From the NCBI GenBank assembly GCA_951406725.2, contig OX597815.1:196044001-196108000 (forward strand): a stretch of DNA of 64,000 bases. Reading direction: 5' to 3'. The notes below the pieces were generated by a model. That model was given only the letters and a program-made list of their open reading frames with translations, ran no database searches and was not told where the DNA came from. The position numbers and the translations under genes were made by a program. The DNA is from Octopus vulgaris. Lineage: Eukaryota. Shown piece after piece: positions 24,973-38,966 of this stretch (position 1 is its first letter; each line of letters starts with the position of its first letter).

Positions 24973-25571
24973 TATTTCTTTACTGCCCACAAGGGGCTAA
25001 ACACAGAGGGGACAAAAAAGGACAGACAAACGGATGAAGTCGATTATATCTACCTCAGTGCGTAACTGGTATTTAATTTATCGACCTCGAAAGGATGAAA
25101 GGCAAAGTCGACCTCAGCGGAATTTGAACTCAGAACGTAACGGCAGACGTAATACCTATTTCTTTACTACCCACATGGGGCTAAACACAGAGAAGACAAA
25201 CAATAACAGACAAACGGATTAAGTCGATTATATCGACCCCAGTGCGTAACTGGTACTTATTTAATAGACCCCGAAAGAATGAAAGGCAAAGTCGACCTCG
25301 GCGGAATTTGAACTCAGAACGTAGCGTCAGACGAAATACCTATTTCTTTATTACCCACAAGGGGCTAAACATAGAGGGGACAAACATGGACAGACATAGG
25401 TATTAAGTCGATTATATCGACCCCAGTGCTTAACTGGTACTTAATTTATCGACCCCGAAAGGATGAAAGGCAAAGTCGACCTCGGCGGAATTTGAACTCA
25501 CAACGTAACGGCAGCCGAAATACCGCTCAGGATTTCGCCCGGCGTGCTAACGATTCGGCCAGCTCGCCGCC
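24973..25571 (-). mobile_element. Meta-domain SINE trimer
   Basis: Same unit and junction as 15925-16523; TSD atgtgactRctttct. Confidence 0.9.
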
Positions 25572-26919
25572 TTCATGTGACTGCTTTCTGGCTTGCTCTG
25601 GTAACAAGAGATGGCGTTGTTTAATGGAACTTCATCAAAATTGAACAGATGTATGATTAAATATATTACCACTGTTACTACACTACACAGTCATCTCTCT
25701 CTTCTCTTTTCACATGGTGCTCTTCGCCTTCCAAGAACGTAGCATGTGATTTGAGTGAAAATTTGAGCGACCAAACAAGGAGCTCCCCCGTCTTCACTGC
25801 TGCATAATGGTTTATATCGTTAATGCTGTTGTTGTTGTTGATCGTGCTGCTACTGCTTCTGTTTAACTGCAGCTGACACTTGAGTCATAAGACCTATGAC
25901 CAAATGTATTTCAAGCATGGCCAAACCTGTTTTTTTTAAAGGTTGCCTCGGAGTAAACTATTTCACGTGACCCTCTTTTATTTGCCTATTTATTTTTTCT
26001 ATTTATTTATGTATTTATTTATTTGAAAACAATAATGGTTGATTTGGGTCTTATTTGGTTTACCATATCTAACAAATCGAGCAATCACATAACGACCTGC
26101 ATGCTGGCACGTGATCATTTCATAGTTTAAAACTAGGTCATCTCTGACAGAAAAGCGATAGGATCAAAAGCTTTTCATTCATTCATAAACATCACATATT
26201 TTTACCTATGTGAGTGAATCTAGGACAGCTTTAGCTAACATCCCCTTTTCTAATACGGAAGTGTGTAATTTAGGCGAGGTTTGGTTGCCATTTCTTGCAA
26301 TTCGAGCGACAACATCGTGGCGTTTATGTTGCCTCGCCTTGATAATAGAGCTTGCTGCGTTACAATGAGGTAGGATAGGGAATAGAAGCAGAGATTAACA
26401 GGAAAATTTGCTGTGATGATAGTGGTCGGCATTCTTATTGATCTTTAGACTGGTAGTAATGATAGTGCCAATAGTAAACCTGAAATAATAATCGATAATC
26501 GGCAGTGGAGCGTGATTGCTTTGAAAAAAAAAAAAAAAAAAAATTTTTTAAAAAAAGCAAACAACAAATCTCTTCTCGCTTCATTGAATGTTTATTTATA
26601 CCGCGTGTTGCCATTGTTAGAATACTAATGTGTGTGTGTGTGTGTGGTATCTCTTTGATTTTATGCATCCATTGCCTATATAGGCAACTACACATACACA
26701 TGCACAAACACGTACACGCATAAAACACCCACACACCTATGTGCGTGTGTTTGTATTTGTATATATATATTATATATATCTTTAGGCCATCAAATCTTCA
26801 CAGTTATAAAGGCTCCTCGTGAAATACAGCATGTCGTCTACATTGTAAGCCTAAATTCATCCCCTACGTATCTGTTCGAGGCTATTTCTTCCATAGACAA
26901 TGCGGAAGTAAGCCAGAGA

Positions 26920-26950
<31 letters not shown>

Positions 26951-27130
26951 TGAGAGAGAGAGAGAGAGAGAGATCAAAGAGAAAGTGACCCAAGTGCGAA
27001 ACTAGAACTTCATTTATCAGTCCTAAAGGAAGGGAGGCAAGGATTTCCCCTTTGTATGGAGTGCCTGAACAATTCATGCGAAGTATTGTAGTATTATAAC
27101 CGACATTCTAAAGACTTTGCCAATTCGCTT

Positions 27131-27165
<35 letters not shown>

Positions 27166-27571
27166 CGCATCTGAAGTTACTTCTACATTCTTGCAGGGAA
27201 TCTATATTTGCTTCGTGGTTTTGCATATATCATTTTTCTTTTTAAATATTTTTCTTACATTTGCCTGTTAAATTTAGGGCGTTATCGCACCCCCAATTGC
27301 GGCTGAGTTTTCTACACTTCACTAGAAAACACTACAGCTTGTTTATTGCTTATAAGATTTTCGTGAAAGCCTTTACCCAAATTGATTATTTATTTATCAT
27401 CTACTTTTTTATTCCTATACATAGTGAAGGATGTAGTTTCAATATCACTTGTAATGTCTTCTTCCTGATCGATAGCATTCCAGCATAGAATATAATATTT
27501 TGAGGTTTTCTTTTTATTTCATAAGTACGTATATATGTGTTCATGAATGTATATATTGTGTATATATTGTA

Positions 27572-27965
27572 CTAGCAGTATCGCCCGGCGTTGCTCGGGT
27601 TTGTTTCGACCCTTTAGAATTGGAATTTTTGAAAAGTAAAAATTTTGCATTATGTAGCTTGTTATTCTCTTTAAGTGAAAATTTTTCTGGTTGAAATACA
27701 CCGAAAAATGGTAACACAGCAGTCAAAAAATCGTAAAAAAAAGAGGGATTTTCATAGAAAAAAAGCACCTTTTTGATGTAAATAATTTTTGGTGTTAACG
27801 TGGTCCGATTTGAAATTTGTCTTCTACGGAATGAAGAGCAAGTCTTCTTCTATCATACTCTCAATTTTGGTCAGCTCGCGCCGCAGTGTCTCGGAGGAGA
27901 TAGTGTTAGTTGAAGGCTACCAAACCTGCCATACACAGACAACTTAAGCTTTATATTAATAGAGA
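27572..27965 (-). mobile_element. Non-autonomous Helitron
   Basis: Minus strand begins TCtctattaatataaagc, ends cccgagcaacgccggg hairpin + cgatactgCTAG; inserted between A and T, no TSD. Confidence 0.88.
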
Positions 27966-28730
27966 TTTCTCATGAGCCTTATCTCCTTATGAAACTCGTG
28001 TCAATGCATTTATAAGTTGGCAGATAAATTATATTCAGAGCAATTTCTAAATCTTTGTCTTCAAGGATTTGACTGTAACGTAATGGCAATAATGATAAAA
28101 ATGCTAATCATAATTCAATAATAATTGTACTGATAATTATGATTATTATTATTTTTTTGCATGCGATGACTTAAAGAAGATACTTGTGAATCCATATAAA
28201 CTTACATAACTTCCTTCTGTCCACTCTCCTCTCTCATCCGTTCAGTTCTTTTTCATGCATAGACATGATACACAAACATAGCTGTAAGACCGCTAATTAA
28301 ACAAGCTAAGGACCGACTCTCATATATATATGTAACATATAACTAGCTTTTATTTACATAATCATACGTTAAGCTGCAATATCACACTTCTCCCTTGCTT
28401 TCATATAATCACATGCACGTTTTTCAACGAATCACATCAGCAGGCGAACGTCAATTGTCTTACTCACATATTAAACAGGTAAACATACTGAGTTATATGC
28501 TTTACTCATATCTAGAGACAGACGAAGTAATCAAGCGCAAAGTCAAAGTCCAAAGCATTTCATCTGCCTGCATACAATTATTTTGCATCCAACTGTCCCA
28601 AATATATTCGCTCTCATATCTGCACGATAATTTTCCACCAGCTCAGAAATGCTTTCATAACGGATCCAGAGTAATGAAGTCGTATTCCATTGCATTGTTG
28701 TGTGTGTGTGTGTGCGTATATGCATATAGT

Positions 28731-28936
28731 CTTTTACTCTTTTACTTGTTTCAGTCATTTGACTGTGGCCATGTTGGAGCACCGCCTTTAGTCGAGCAAA
28801 TCGACCCCGGGACTTATTCTTTTTAAGCCTAGTACTTATTCCATCTGCCTCTTTTGCCAAACCGCTAGGTTACGCGGACGTAAACACACCAGCATTGGTT
28901 GTCAAGCGATGTTGGTGGACAAACACAGGCACACAG

Positions 28937-29013
<77 letters not shown>

Positions 29014-29173
29014 CATATATACGACGGGCTTCTTTCAGTTTCCGTCTACCAAATCCACTCACAAGGCTTTGGTCGGCCCGAGGTTATAGTAGAAGATACT
29101 TGCCCAAGGTGTCACGCAGTGGGACTGAACCCGAAACCATGTGGTTCCTAAGCAAGCTATTTACCACACAGCC
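28731..29173 (-). mobile_element. SINE family A
   Basis: Homology; long internal (CA)n. Confidence 0.9.
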
Positions 29174-29925
29174 GAAGTAACAGAGTGATACAATGTCCTT
29201 GCGTCACTCTGCTACTTCTGCTAAATATTAATAAAAAATATATATGTATAATCACATTTTGAGTTCTATTTTTCCTGTTTGCACCATCATACTTTTATAT
29301 ATGCATGGTAGGGTGACGGTATCGGAGGAAATATTTCTTTAGAATCTTACCTGTCCACTTTTATTTTACTTTTAAAAACAAAACCATTGGAAATGTTCAC
29401 CTTCTTAAGGTAAGATGTATGTATGGTGTGTCATATATATATGAGGAATGAATAATTTATGTTTGAATGTTGGTAAGTGGGCACACACTTGTGTCTGTGT
29501 GAGTAAAATTTCTGGTCGGATTCAATAGATTTGTACCACAATGCTGAACCAGATGACCCTTGCACCGTTGGCTTAGTGTATTCTCAGGGACATGAACGTT
29601 AGCACGGAAGAGGATTGCGTACTTATATTTAGTGGCTTATTCTTTTGAGCAACGAAGGATGGATTACAAAGTTGGTTTCCTTGAGATTCACATTCGGAGT
29701 GAAAACTGTAAGAAATTTTGTCCAAGGTTCTTATAATTCCACGTTTCCATTTTTCTTACATAACTATTTCATTTTATCGACGTCAGAAATAAGAAAGGAA
29801 AATTTTATCTCTGCAGGCTTTGACCTCTCAAAAGTTAAAAGCGACGAGAAATGCTGCAAGCGATTGTGTCTGACGTTCTAACGATTCCGTATGCCTGTTG
29901 GACATTCCAGCCTCAGACAATCAAT

Positions 29926-30049
<124 letters not shown>

Positions 30050-30220
30050 GAATGAGAAAGTAGTGCATGCCATTAAAGTGACGCTGGGGTACAACTATTC
30101 AAAACCCACTATATACTTATCATGTCTACCCCTCTGATAAGGTTACACCAGGCACATGCATCAGAACCATATGTGCGTGACATGGTGACCTCCTATCAAG
30201 ATAAACAGCGCATGGCATTA
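30050..30220 (-). mobile_element. Probable interspersed repeat fragment with (TAA)n tail
   Basis: Higher-GC block bounded by (TTA)n on both sides; single copy in window. Confidence 0.35.
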
Positions 30221-30227
30221 CATATAC

Positions 30228-30285
<58 letters not shown>

Positions 30286-30524
30286 CATTATTACTATGTT
30301 GAAGCTCCTGAGTTTAGAAAAATAAACTGTAGAAAATATAGTACAATCAACTGCAGCATATATTTATGTTATGTCAAGGTGGAGGAAATATACAAAAATG
30401 TATTTCTGTATGTTTATGAGCATATATGCATGTGTATGGCTGCTTTGTGATTCTATGCAAGCGTGCGTGTAATTAAATATAAAATTATGCATATTTATAT
30501 ATTTATATATAAATATATACACTC

Positions 30525-30558
<34 letters not shown>

Positions 30559-30704
30559 ATACGTAAAAATATATTGATGGACACATATATACCCATATAT
30601 ATCCGCTTCCGTGTAAATACACATACACCTACATATATGTATACATACATACACATATATATATGTGTATATACATAGTCCACACACACACTTACACACG
30701 CGTG

Positions 30705-30793
<89 letters not shown>

Positions 30794-31200
30794 GTACGGA
30801 TGTATTTATGTATGTATGCGTATATTCTTTTTATTCTCATGAATTCCAGCATAGAGTCTTTGCCCATGCTGAGATAACGCCATTATCATCAACTTTTCCT
30901 ATGCGGTTAGCTTCTTGAGTGAATTTTCCCGTTTGAATTTCATTTTTTCTATTTTTTCTTTTTTTTTTCCTTTTTTTTTTGCCATGCTATAGATTTGACT
31001 GGGATCCTGGAATGCAGTAGGTTAAATTACTTCTCGAAAATACCTACCAACATTCTATGCAGATCTCTTAATTTTTACTTTATTTTTGGCAACATATATA
31101 TGTATATATATATATATATATAGCACATACACACACGCGCACATACGCATATAAATATATGTGTATGTATGTATATTGATATATATACATACATACATAT

Positions 31201-31241
<41 letters not shown>

Positions 31242-31444
31242 TAAAAGAAACAAAACATATGCATATATATAAACATATATGTACGTACCTACCTCTACAT
31301 GTACATATACACGCATATATGAGTACAGGACACCAAAGGGACGTCGAACACATAGAGAAACGAAAACAGACACAAACCAAAGGAACAGGACATTTTTTTA
31401 AAAACAACAAAAATGGAGTACAGGACAGTTAACACAACGAAAAA

Positions 31445-31445
31445 A

Positions 31446-31485
<40 letters not shown>

Positions 31486-31489
31486 TATA

Positions 31490-31541
<52 letters not shown>

Positions 31542-31655
31542 TATATGCATATATATATATATATATATACATATATATGCATATATATATATATATATAT
31601 ACATATATATGCATATATGCATATATATATATATATATACATATATATGCATATA

Positions 31656-31691
<36 letters not shown>

Positions 31692-31730
31692 TATATGCAT
31701 ATATATATATGCATATATATATATATATAT
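31445..31730. repeat. (TA)n tract periodically interrupted by atatgc
   Basis: Direct reading. Confidence 0.9.
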
Positions 31731-32449
31731 TCGATTTGATTACATGTGCTTTCATTTCCTGTACAAATATACCATCACACCCTGCAACGCATCCATCTGC
31801 CTGCATAAACAATGGAGGTACAACGAGGCTCCCATAACAAATCTTGAGGCACACCCTCGACCGCCTAGACAGCATTAAGTAATAGGCCAGCTGTTTGATT
31901 TACAAACGCTTTCTTACCACTAAACTACAATACGCGCTTTACAAAACTGTCTTTTCCTTTGTTATTTTTGTAATACTGTGCAGCCATCTCCTCTGCAAAC
32001 TGAATCGAAATCTCTGTACAAAAACCGCTCGTTGTAACCTACCTTCTCCCACTATTATAAGAAAACTACACACTCATAAGCATATACGCATGTTTTTGGT
32101 TTTCTTTATTTCAATCTTTCCATTTTGAACTGGTCTCAAACAAAAGAAGGTTCCTTTCGTGGTATTTAACTAAAAATTACTGCTCAGAGACAGTCTCATG
32201 CTGAACTTTAGGAAAATCTTGTCTATGTTTCGAAATGCGTACGCAGATTGAATTCAGTGCGCAATCATAAAGGTATTTTGTGATCGGAGAAGAATACGTG
32301 TTTTCTTATAGCTCTATCTACTTGTATGTATTTAAGTATGTATGTATGTACGTATGTATGTATGTATGTATGTAAGTATGTATGTATGTATGTAAGCGTG
32401 CATATATGTATGTATGTATTCGTTTATGTATGTATATATATATTGGAAC

Positions 32450-32615
32450 ATATTTTCTCTCCTTTTTCTCTCTCCTTGTTTTTTTCTCTCCTTGTTTTTT
32501 CTGTGTACCTTTCTGTAGAAGAGCGTAGGCTCGAAATGTAAATGACGTTTTCTCTTCCTGAGCGTTTTGTACACCACCTGTCTTCGTCTTTTGGTTTTTT
32601 GTAAACTTTCCCTAT
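32450..32615 (+). mobile_element. Short TA-adjacent element with degenerate HHR (32508-32545)
   Basis: ctttCTGTAGAaGAGC(gtag)GCTCGAAAtgta; homologous to 49500-49690. Confidence 0.6.
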
Positions 32616-32619
32616 ATAT

Positions 32620-32679
<60 letters not shown>

Positions 32680-32741
32680 CTGTAGTTTCAGCTCATAGCT
32701 GCTGCCATGCTGATTCACCGCCGTTAACGTAAAGACAAACA

Positions 32742-32978
32742 AAATACCTATTTCTTTACTACCCACAAGGGGCTAAACACAGAGGGGACAAACAAGGACA
32801 GACAAACGAATTAAGTCGATTATATCGACCCCAATGCGTAACTGGTACTTATTTAATCAACCGCGAACGGATGAAAGGGAAAGTCGACCACGGTGGAATT
32901 TGAACTCAGAACGTAACGGCAGACGAAATACGGCTACGCATTTCGCCCGGCGTGCTAACGTTTCTGCCAGCTCGCCGC
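32742..32978 (-). mobile_element. Meta-domain SINE plus start of a second unit
   Basis: Ends gaaatag-gtattt, the multimer junction. Confidence 0.9.
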
Positions 32979-34045
32979 TTTTATATGTGTGTATTTGTAT
33001 GTATGTAAGTTTTATGTGAATATGTTTTAACGTATGTATGTAACTGAATGCATACCCATTATTTTGATTTCATAAGTTAACAAGAAAACCTATCATTTTG
33101 TCATAGCTTTCATTGACAGTTGATATTCAGTTATTATATTCATTTGGAAGTCAGTTGAAGCAATTGTTACCACCCAATGTCTCAACGAAGTCTATGTCGT
33201 GATAACAAAACAAATAAATAAACAAAAATAAATTAATAAATAGTAACAAATAAACTAATATTTTAAGTGAAGTAATTACACTATTAAGTATAATTACTTT
33301 TATGTGTGTTTATATACAAACCTCAAGTAAACACCAAGAAAATCACAAGGAAAATTGATTTATTTCACCAGCATTTCAAGATTTAAAAAGATCTTACTTG
33401 TAGTGTGTTCACGTTATACAACAAGTGCACGGAAACATGGAAAGACTTAAGGCCAAATAAGAAATTTTTAAGTGAAAGAAATGTTGAAGTAATCATACTG
33501 ATGTGCCAAATATTGTTTCATGCAATGTTGCAGCCGTCAGATTTATAAAGGGGAAATAAAATATAGCGGTTTGTGTTTTGATTTTATTTTTTTCCTAAAG
33601 GTTAATTACCTAATTTTACGGAAATATTGGTTCAAGTAGTTACAGACGTCCGACCGCGGGTCGTATCACGACATCACGATTTCTGAAATTAGATGTTTGT
33701 GTGACTGAAGTCATTACGCCACTCCACGTTTCCTATTACAACACTCACCAAGCGGAGACTAAACCACTTTGCAGAAATGGTCTGCATTTAGAAAGTCTTG
33801 TATACACACATACACACATACACGTGTGTGTATATGTGTCTACATTTGTAGGCACATGCATATTTATGTGCATGTGTATACACACATAGATATGTTATGT
33901 ATAAAAACAATTTAACGTTAAACAGAAAGATAACTCAATACTTTTGAGAGAGAAAACATGTTTATTTAACTTTTACAAGTTTTTGGAAGACAGTGACTTC
34001 GAAGTTTCTGCTTGCTAGATTTCACTGGACTATTCATCTATCTCT

Positions 34046-34097
<52 letters not shown>

Positions 34098-34396
34098 GTA
34101 TGTATGCGTGTGTGTGTGTGTATGAGTTCATGTGTGGGTATGTATATATGTATGTGAGTGGCGGGCTGTGTGTGTTTGTAGAAACTGAAGAATCATTGTC
34201 ACTTGGCATGCCTCTCCTTTCGAACAGATCAAAGAGGAATATTTCAGCTGTATAATCCAACTAGAAATATATGAGAATTTTTTCGTCAGAAATGCTTTTC
34301 TATCGATGGAGACTACAACTGAGCACTGGACAGGTGGATCTGCGAAAAACATCAGTCGAATTACCTCGAAACACATTCTACTAACAAAAAACGCCT

Positions 34397-34804
34397 GCAG
34401 GCGTGGCTGTGTGGTAAGAAACTTGCTTCCCAACAACATAGTTCCGAGTTCAATATCACTGCTTAGCACTTTGGACAAGTGTCTTCTACTAGAGCCCCAG
34501 GCCGACAAAATCTTTGTGAGTGGATTTGGTACACGGAAATTGAAAGAAGTCAGTTGTACATATGTATATGTGTATATGAATGTGTGTGTGAGTATGTGTT
34601 ATTGTGTGAGTGTTTGTCCTCCACCATCGCTTGACAACCGCTGATGATGCGTTTACATTCCCGTAAATCAGCGGTTCTCAAAAGTTACCGATAGAATAAA
34701 TACCAGGCTTAAAATGATAAGTCCTGGGATCAATTCGTTCTAATAAAACTTCTCCAAGGCGGTGGCCCAGCATGGCCACAGTCAAATGGCTGAAACAAAT
34801 AAAA
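34397..34804 (+). mobile_element. SINE family A (diverged)
   Basis: Homology to other A copies. Confidence 0.8.
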
Positions 34805-35049
34805 TCGACATGGACGATACTTGGTCTGCTAAACCTGACCCAGTTTGTCTGGTAAACCAATAGGTCTGCTAAAACCAATTGGTCTGGTAAATCTGACCAC
34901 CACACACATGAATCCGATGGTCAACATTCCATGCCAATTACGCTGAACTTTCAGTTCACCATCGTTTGCAGCTACTTAATGTAATGATTTTCTATGTAAT
35001 CGTGAAACGCTAATGGCTCTTGGGGCACACACTTGTTGACAGGCGTCTC

Positions 35050-35522
35050 CTTAATAGTGGTGAGCAGGGATATGGTCTAGGGGAAGGACATGAACGCCGG
35101 AGGTATCCTTTGCCACAGGCTCGACAATAAACCTGTCGGAGAGTGATCAACACTTAGATAGCTTGCTTCTATCTGCCTGACGAGCAGCGGAGCTTGGACT
35201 GGTAGCTGACCGTACCAAGTTACAACTGGAGAAGGTTCACAGCATGTAGCATCCATGGTGAGGGGCCTGCAAGCACGGAACGGGAAATTTCTCATAACGT
35301 CCTGTCTTTTACCGTTCTCTCGATCTAGCCCCGGGAAGACTGCAGCGTCTAGGCCAAGCTTTATGATCTTGTTAAAAGCGGCATGCCATGGAAGGTGGCC
35401 AGCACTATGATACTATGCTGTGGGTAGAGGCAGAAAGAACCCGCAGTGATTCATCAGCGGCAAATGCGAGGCTCCCAGATCAGGAAGCCAAGCCTCTGAG
35501 AATCGGCAATGCACAGACAATC
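35050..35522 (+). mobile_element. Possible 5' region of an RTE-type LINE
   Basis: GC-rich island ending in codons KPLRIGNAQT, reminiscent of the APE start motif LRIGTWNVRT. Confidence 0.35.
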
Positions 35523-36111
35523 CCTACCAAGCTAAATATTTGTATTTGTTGTTAATATCCAAGTAAGCTATTTTCGTGTCTTCATACGGTCAAAATTATT
35601 CCAGCGTGAGTTATTATATTCTCTTTCAAATACGTCCTTCCTTTAATATCGTAGGGTGTGATTTGAAAGGTATGAAATAACTGTTTCTAGATGGTCGATT
35701 AACTAATTTTCAACTTTGCAATCTTTCTGCTTTTTTGTGTAGGTGTTTCGTTGCGCTCTATTTTAGCTACTTTTCATTTTTTTCTTTTATGATTTTGTTT
35801 TCATTGTTATTCGGTTAATCATTCTTTCTGCCTAGACATGTGTGAAAAGCAATACGAAAGAAAGGCAACAAAAAGTATATACAATTTACGTAGAAATTTG
35901 TTTTTCATGCCTATTTGCTATTTCTGATGACAACATATCAAATAGATGACAGCTTTCTAAAAATATCTCTCTCAAGTGCAGAAAAAAAATAGTCATAAAA
36001 ACAAAACGAAAAGCAAATAAAGGCGGGAGGAAGCAGACCTCATTTCATTCAGTGCTTTATATCAAATGACGTTTTATGGATACGCTCTTAAATTAATATT
36101 AACGAAGTTAA

Positions 36112-36177
<66 letters not shown>

Positions 36178-36249
36178 CATCAGCAGTAGTAGTAGTAGTG
36201 GTAAAAGTTAATGGTTTCAGATTTTGTCACAAGGCGAACAAGTTCGTGG

Positions 36250-36877
36250 GGGTGGAGTAAGTTGACTACATCGAGCCCAGTGCTCAACTGGTACTCATTT
36301 CATGTACCCCGAGAGGATGAGATATAAAGTCGAACTGCGTAGGATTTGAACTCTGAATGTCAAGAGCCGATTGAAATGCTGTTAATAACTTTGTCCGACG
36401 CGCTAATGATTCTGCAATTTTGTCGCCATAATGATAATCTTTTCTACTATAGGCACAACGCCCATAAGGGGCTAAACATAGCGGGGGCAAACAAGGACAG
36501 GCAAGCGGATTAAGTCGATTATATCGACCTCAGTGCGTAACTGGTACTTATTTAATCGACCCCAAAAGGACGAAAGGCTAAGTTGATCTCGGTGGAATTT
36601 GAACTCAGAGCGTAACAGCGGACGAAATACCTATTTCTTTACTACCCACAAGGGGCTAAACACAGAATGGACAAACAAGGGCAGACAAACGGATTAAGTC
36701 GATTATGTCTACCCCAGTGCGTAACTGGTACTTATTTAATCGACCCCAAAAGGACGAAAGGCTAAGTTGATCTCGGTGGAATTTGAACTCAGAACGTAAC
36801 AGCGGACGAAATACCTATTTCTTTACTACCCACAAGGGGCTAAACACAGAAGGGACAAACAAGGACAGTCGATTATA
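36250..36877 (-). mobile_element. Old Meta SINE plus headless Meta-SINE multimer (36465-36877)
   Basis: Two repeats of the gaaatacctatttc junction. Confidence 0.85.
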
Positions 36878-37004
36878 TATTTTACTCTGCTTTCAATATT
36901 GAGCTCTCACTTCTGTAAATGTTCACTTGTTCAACTGAAATTTGCTTGAAAATAATCGCCTTACACTAACAAACACACACATACATACATACGTACGTAC
37001 ATAC

Positions 37005-37235
37005 ATGATGTTCGTCCTTCGGTTCGAAGATGACCAACTGACATCATCTGATGGAACTGCCGCCATGAGACCGGAGGTGGCTGGTGAGGCCAATCCGGGC
37101 AAGGAAGCCCCTCCCACAGGTGGGGCAGAAGTGGGTAGGGGCAGTGCTACTGGTGCAGGCGGCTCTGACTTTACGCATCTGACGTTTCTGCTCCGCTGAC
37201 CGAATCCGTCCCTCCTCGGCTGTCCCTGCTCCCAC
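37005..37235 (-). mobile_element. RTE/BovB-type LINE 3' fragment with C2H2 zinc finger
   Basis: HFCPTCGRGFLARIGLTSHLRSH*, then short 3'UTR ggtcatcttcgaaccgaaggacgaacatcat. Confidence 0.85.
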
Positions 37236-37413
37236 GGTGGTGATCCCTGCTGAACTCTTTCACCACAACTTTCTCTCACTCTTACTTCCTGTTTCTGTTG
37301 TACCTGTATTTCAAAGGGCCGGCCTTGTCACTCTCTGTGTCACGCTGAATATCCCCGAGAACTATGTTAAGGATACACGTGTATGTGGAGTGCTCAGCCA
37401 CTCGCACGTTAAT
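37236..37413 (+). mobile_element. Partial duplicate of neighbouring SINE C
   Basis: Near-identical to 37636-37813, including private variants. Confidence 0.9.
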
Positions 37414-37513
37414 AATACATACTTAATACATGCATACATACATAATACATACATATATACATACATACATACATATATACACACATACACATGTACGATA
37501 TTTTACAATGTTA

Positions 37514-37885
37514 TGTGGAGGCGCAATGGCCCAGTGGTTAGGGCAGCGGAACGCGGTTTCGATTCCCAGACCGGGCATTGTGAGTGTTTATTGAGCGAAA
37601 ACACCAAAAAGTTCCACGAGGCTCCGGCAGGGGATGGTGGTGATCCCTGCTGAACTCTTTCACCACAACTTTCTCTCACTCTTACTTCCTGTTTCTGTTA
37701 TACCTGTATTTCAAAGGGCCGGCCTTGTCACTCTCTGTGTCACGCTGAATATCCCCGAGAACTATGTTAAGGATACACGTGTATGTGGAGTGCTCAGCCA
37801 CTCGCACGTTAATTTCACGAGCAGGCTGTTCCGTTGATTCGGATCAACCGGAACCCTCATCGTCGTAACCGACGGAGCGCTTCCA
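37514..37885 (+). mobile_element. SINE head C + tail 1
   Basis: Homology to 38967-39351 and 51907-52295. Confidence 0.9.
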
Positions 37886-38966
37886 AAGTCCAATATATTT
37901 TTGTACGGCTGTGTATTGGGACTGTACAGCCATTTTATAGTAACTACGAGTACGAGTATACCATTTAATTTCTTACATTTCCACTCGTGTCCTTTGGTAT
38001 TACACGTAGGAAGTGCTGCACAGTTTCACAAGCCCATCTGTTGTTCTGCATGCTGTAGAATCACATGCGAGTTTGATATATGTGTGTATATGCGTTATTG
38101 TGTGTGGTTGACTATATATAGTGCGTGTGTTTGTGTGTTCTAATAAGGAAAACATTCTTTTTCAATGCAAATTAAGCCCAACCTTTGCACAGAAGTCCTC
38201 CCCCACAACGACTCAATCTCCTAAGCTCGTAATGTCTTGATTAACCGGGTTTTTTTTTTCCTATGACCTACTTCCTGTATCAAGTGGCAATTTCATTAAC
38301 ATACTGAATATTTTTTAATGAGGGATAAACCGCAGGGTTCGGATTATGATTTATTTACTATTTTTCGTATTATATTTGATGGATTGTCATTAACACTCGA
38401 ATGACGGGATAAATTGTTAGCATTATATACGTACGTCCTGTTTTCTCACTTAAAATCAAATCCTGCTGGATTTTCCAGTGTTGTCTTCATTCAGGAAGTG
38501 ATTGTGGTTGGTAATGTTGTTGTTTAGCCAAATATCAACTCTGATTAAACATAACTATATTAAAAAAGCATTCCAGGCGTGACTGTTACATTTTTCAGCG
38601 CTTAATACATTATACACTTTACCTAATGTTTTTTGCATGTTTCAGAATGAAGGATATTTATATTGATATATATAATAAAGAGACAATACAAAATCTATTT
38701 TCGAGGTATGAACCCAATAGCTTAATTAGCTTACTTTATCAAAATAAGTTTCAACATAAATCATGTATCTTTAAGTTTGCAATTTAACATTTGAGGTTAC
38801 TTTGGCAGTTTAAGTGATTGTGTAGAAATGCCCTCGTTGTTTCGTTTAGTAACAGTGGTATACTGAGTTCAATCCTACCATCTGTAAATAATGTATTGCA
38901 CATCAATGCTCCTGTATACACGTATATTGCTATCATTCATTTGACTTTACAGGTGTAATAGGAATT

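Noticed and set aside
26272-26340. aggcgagg/cctcgcct stem as a pre-miRNA
   Set aside because: Only the outer 8 bp pair well, and no recognised mature miRNA
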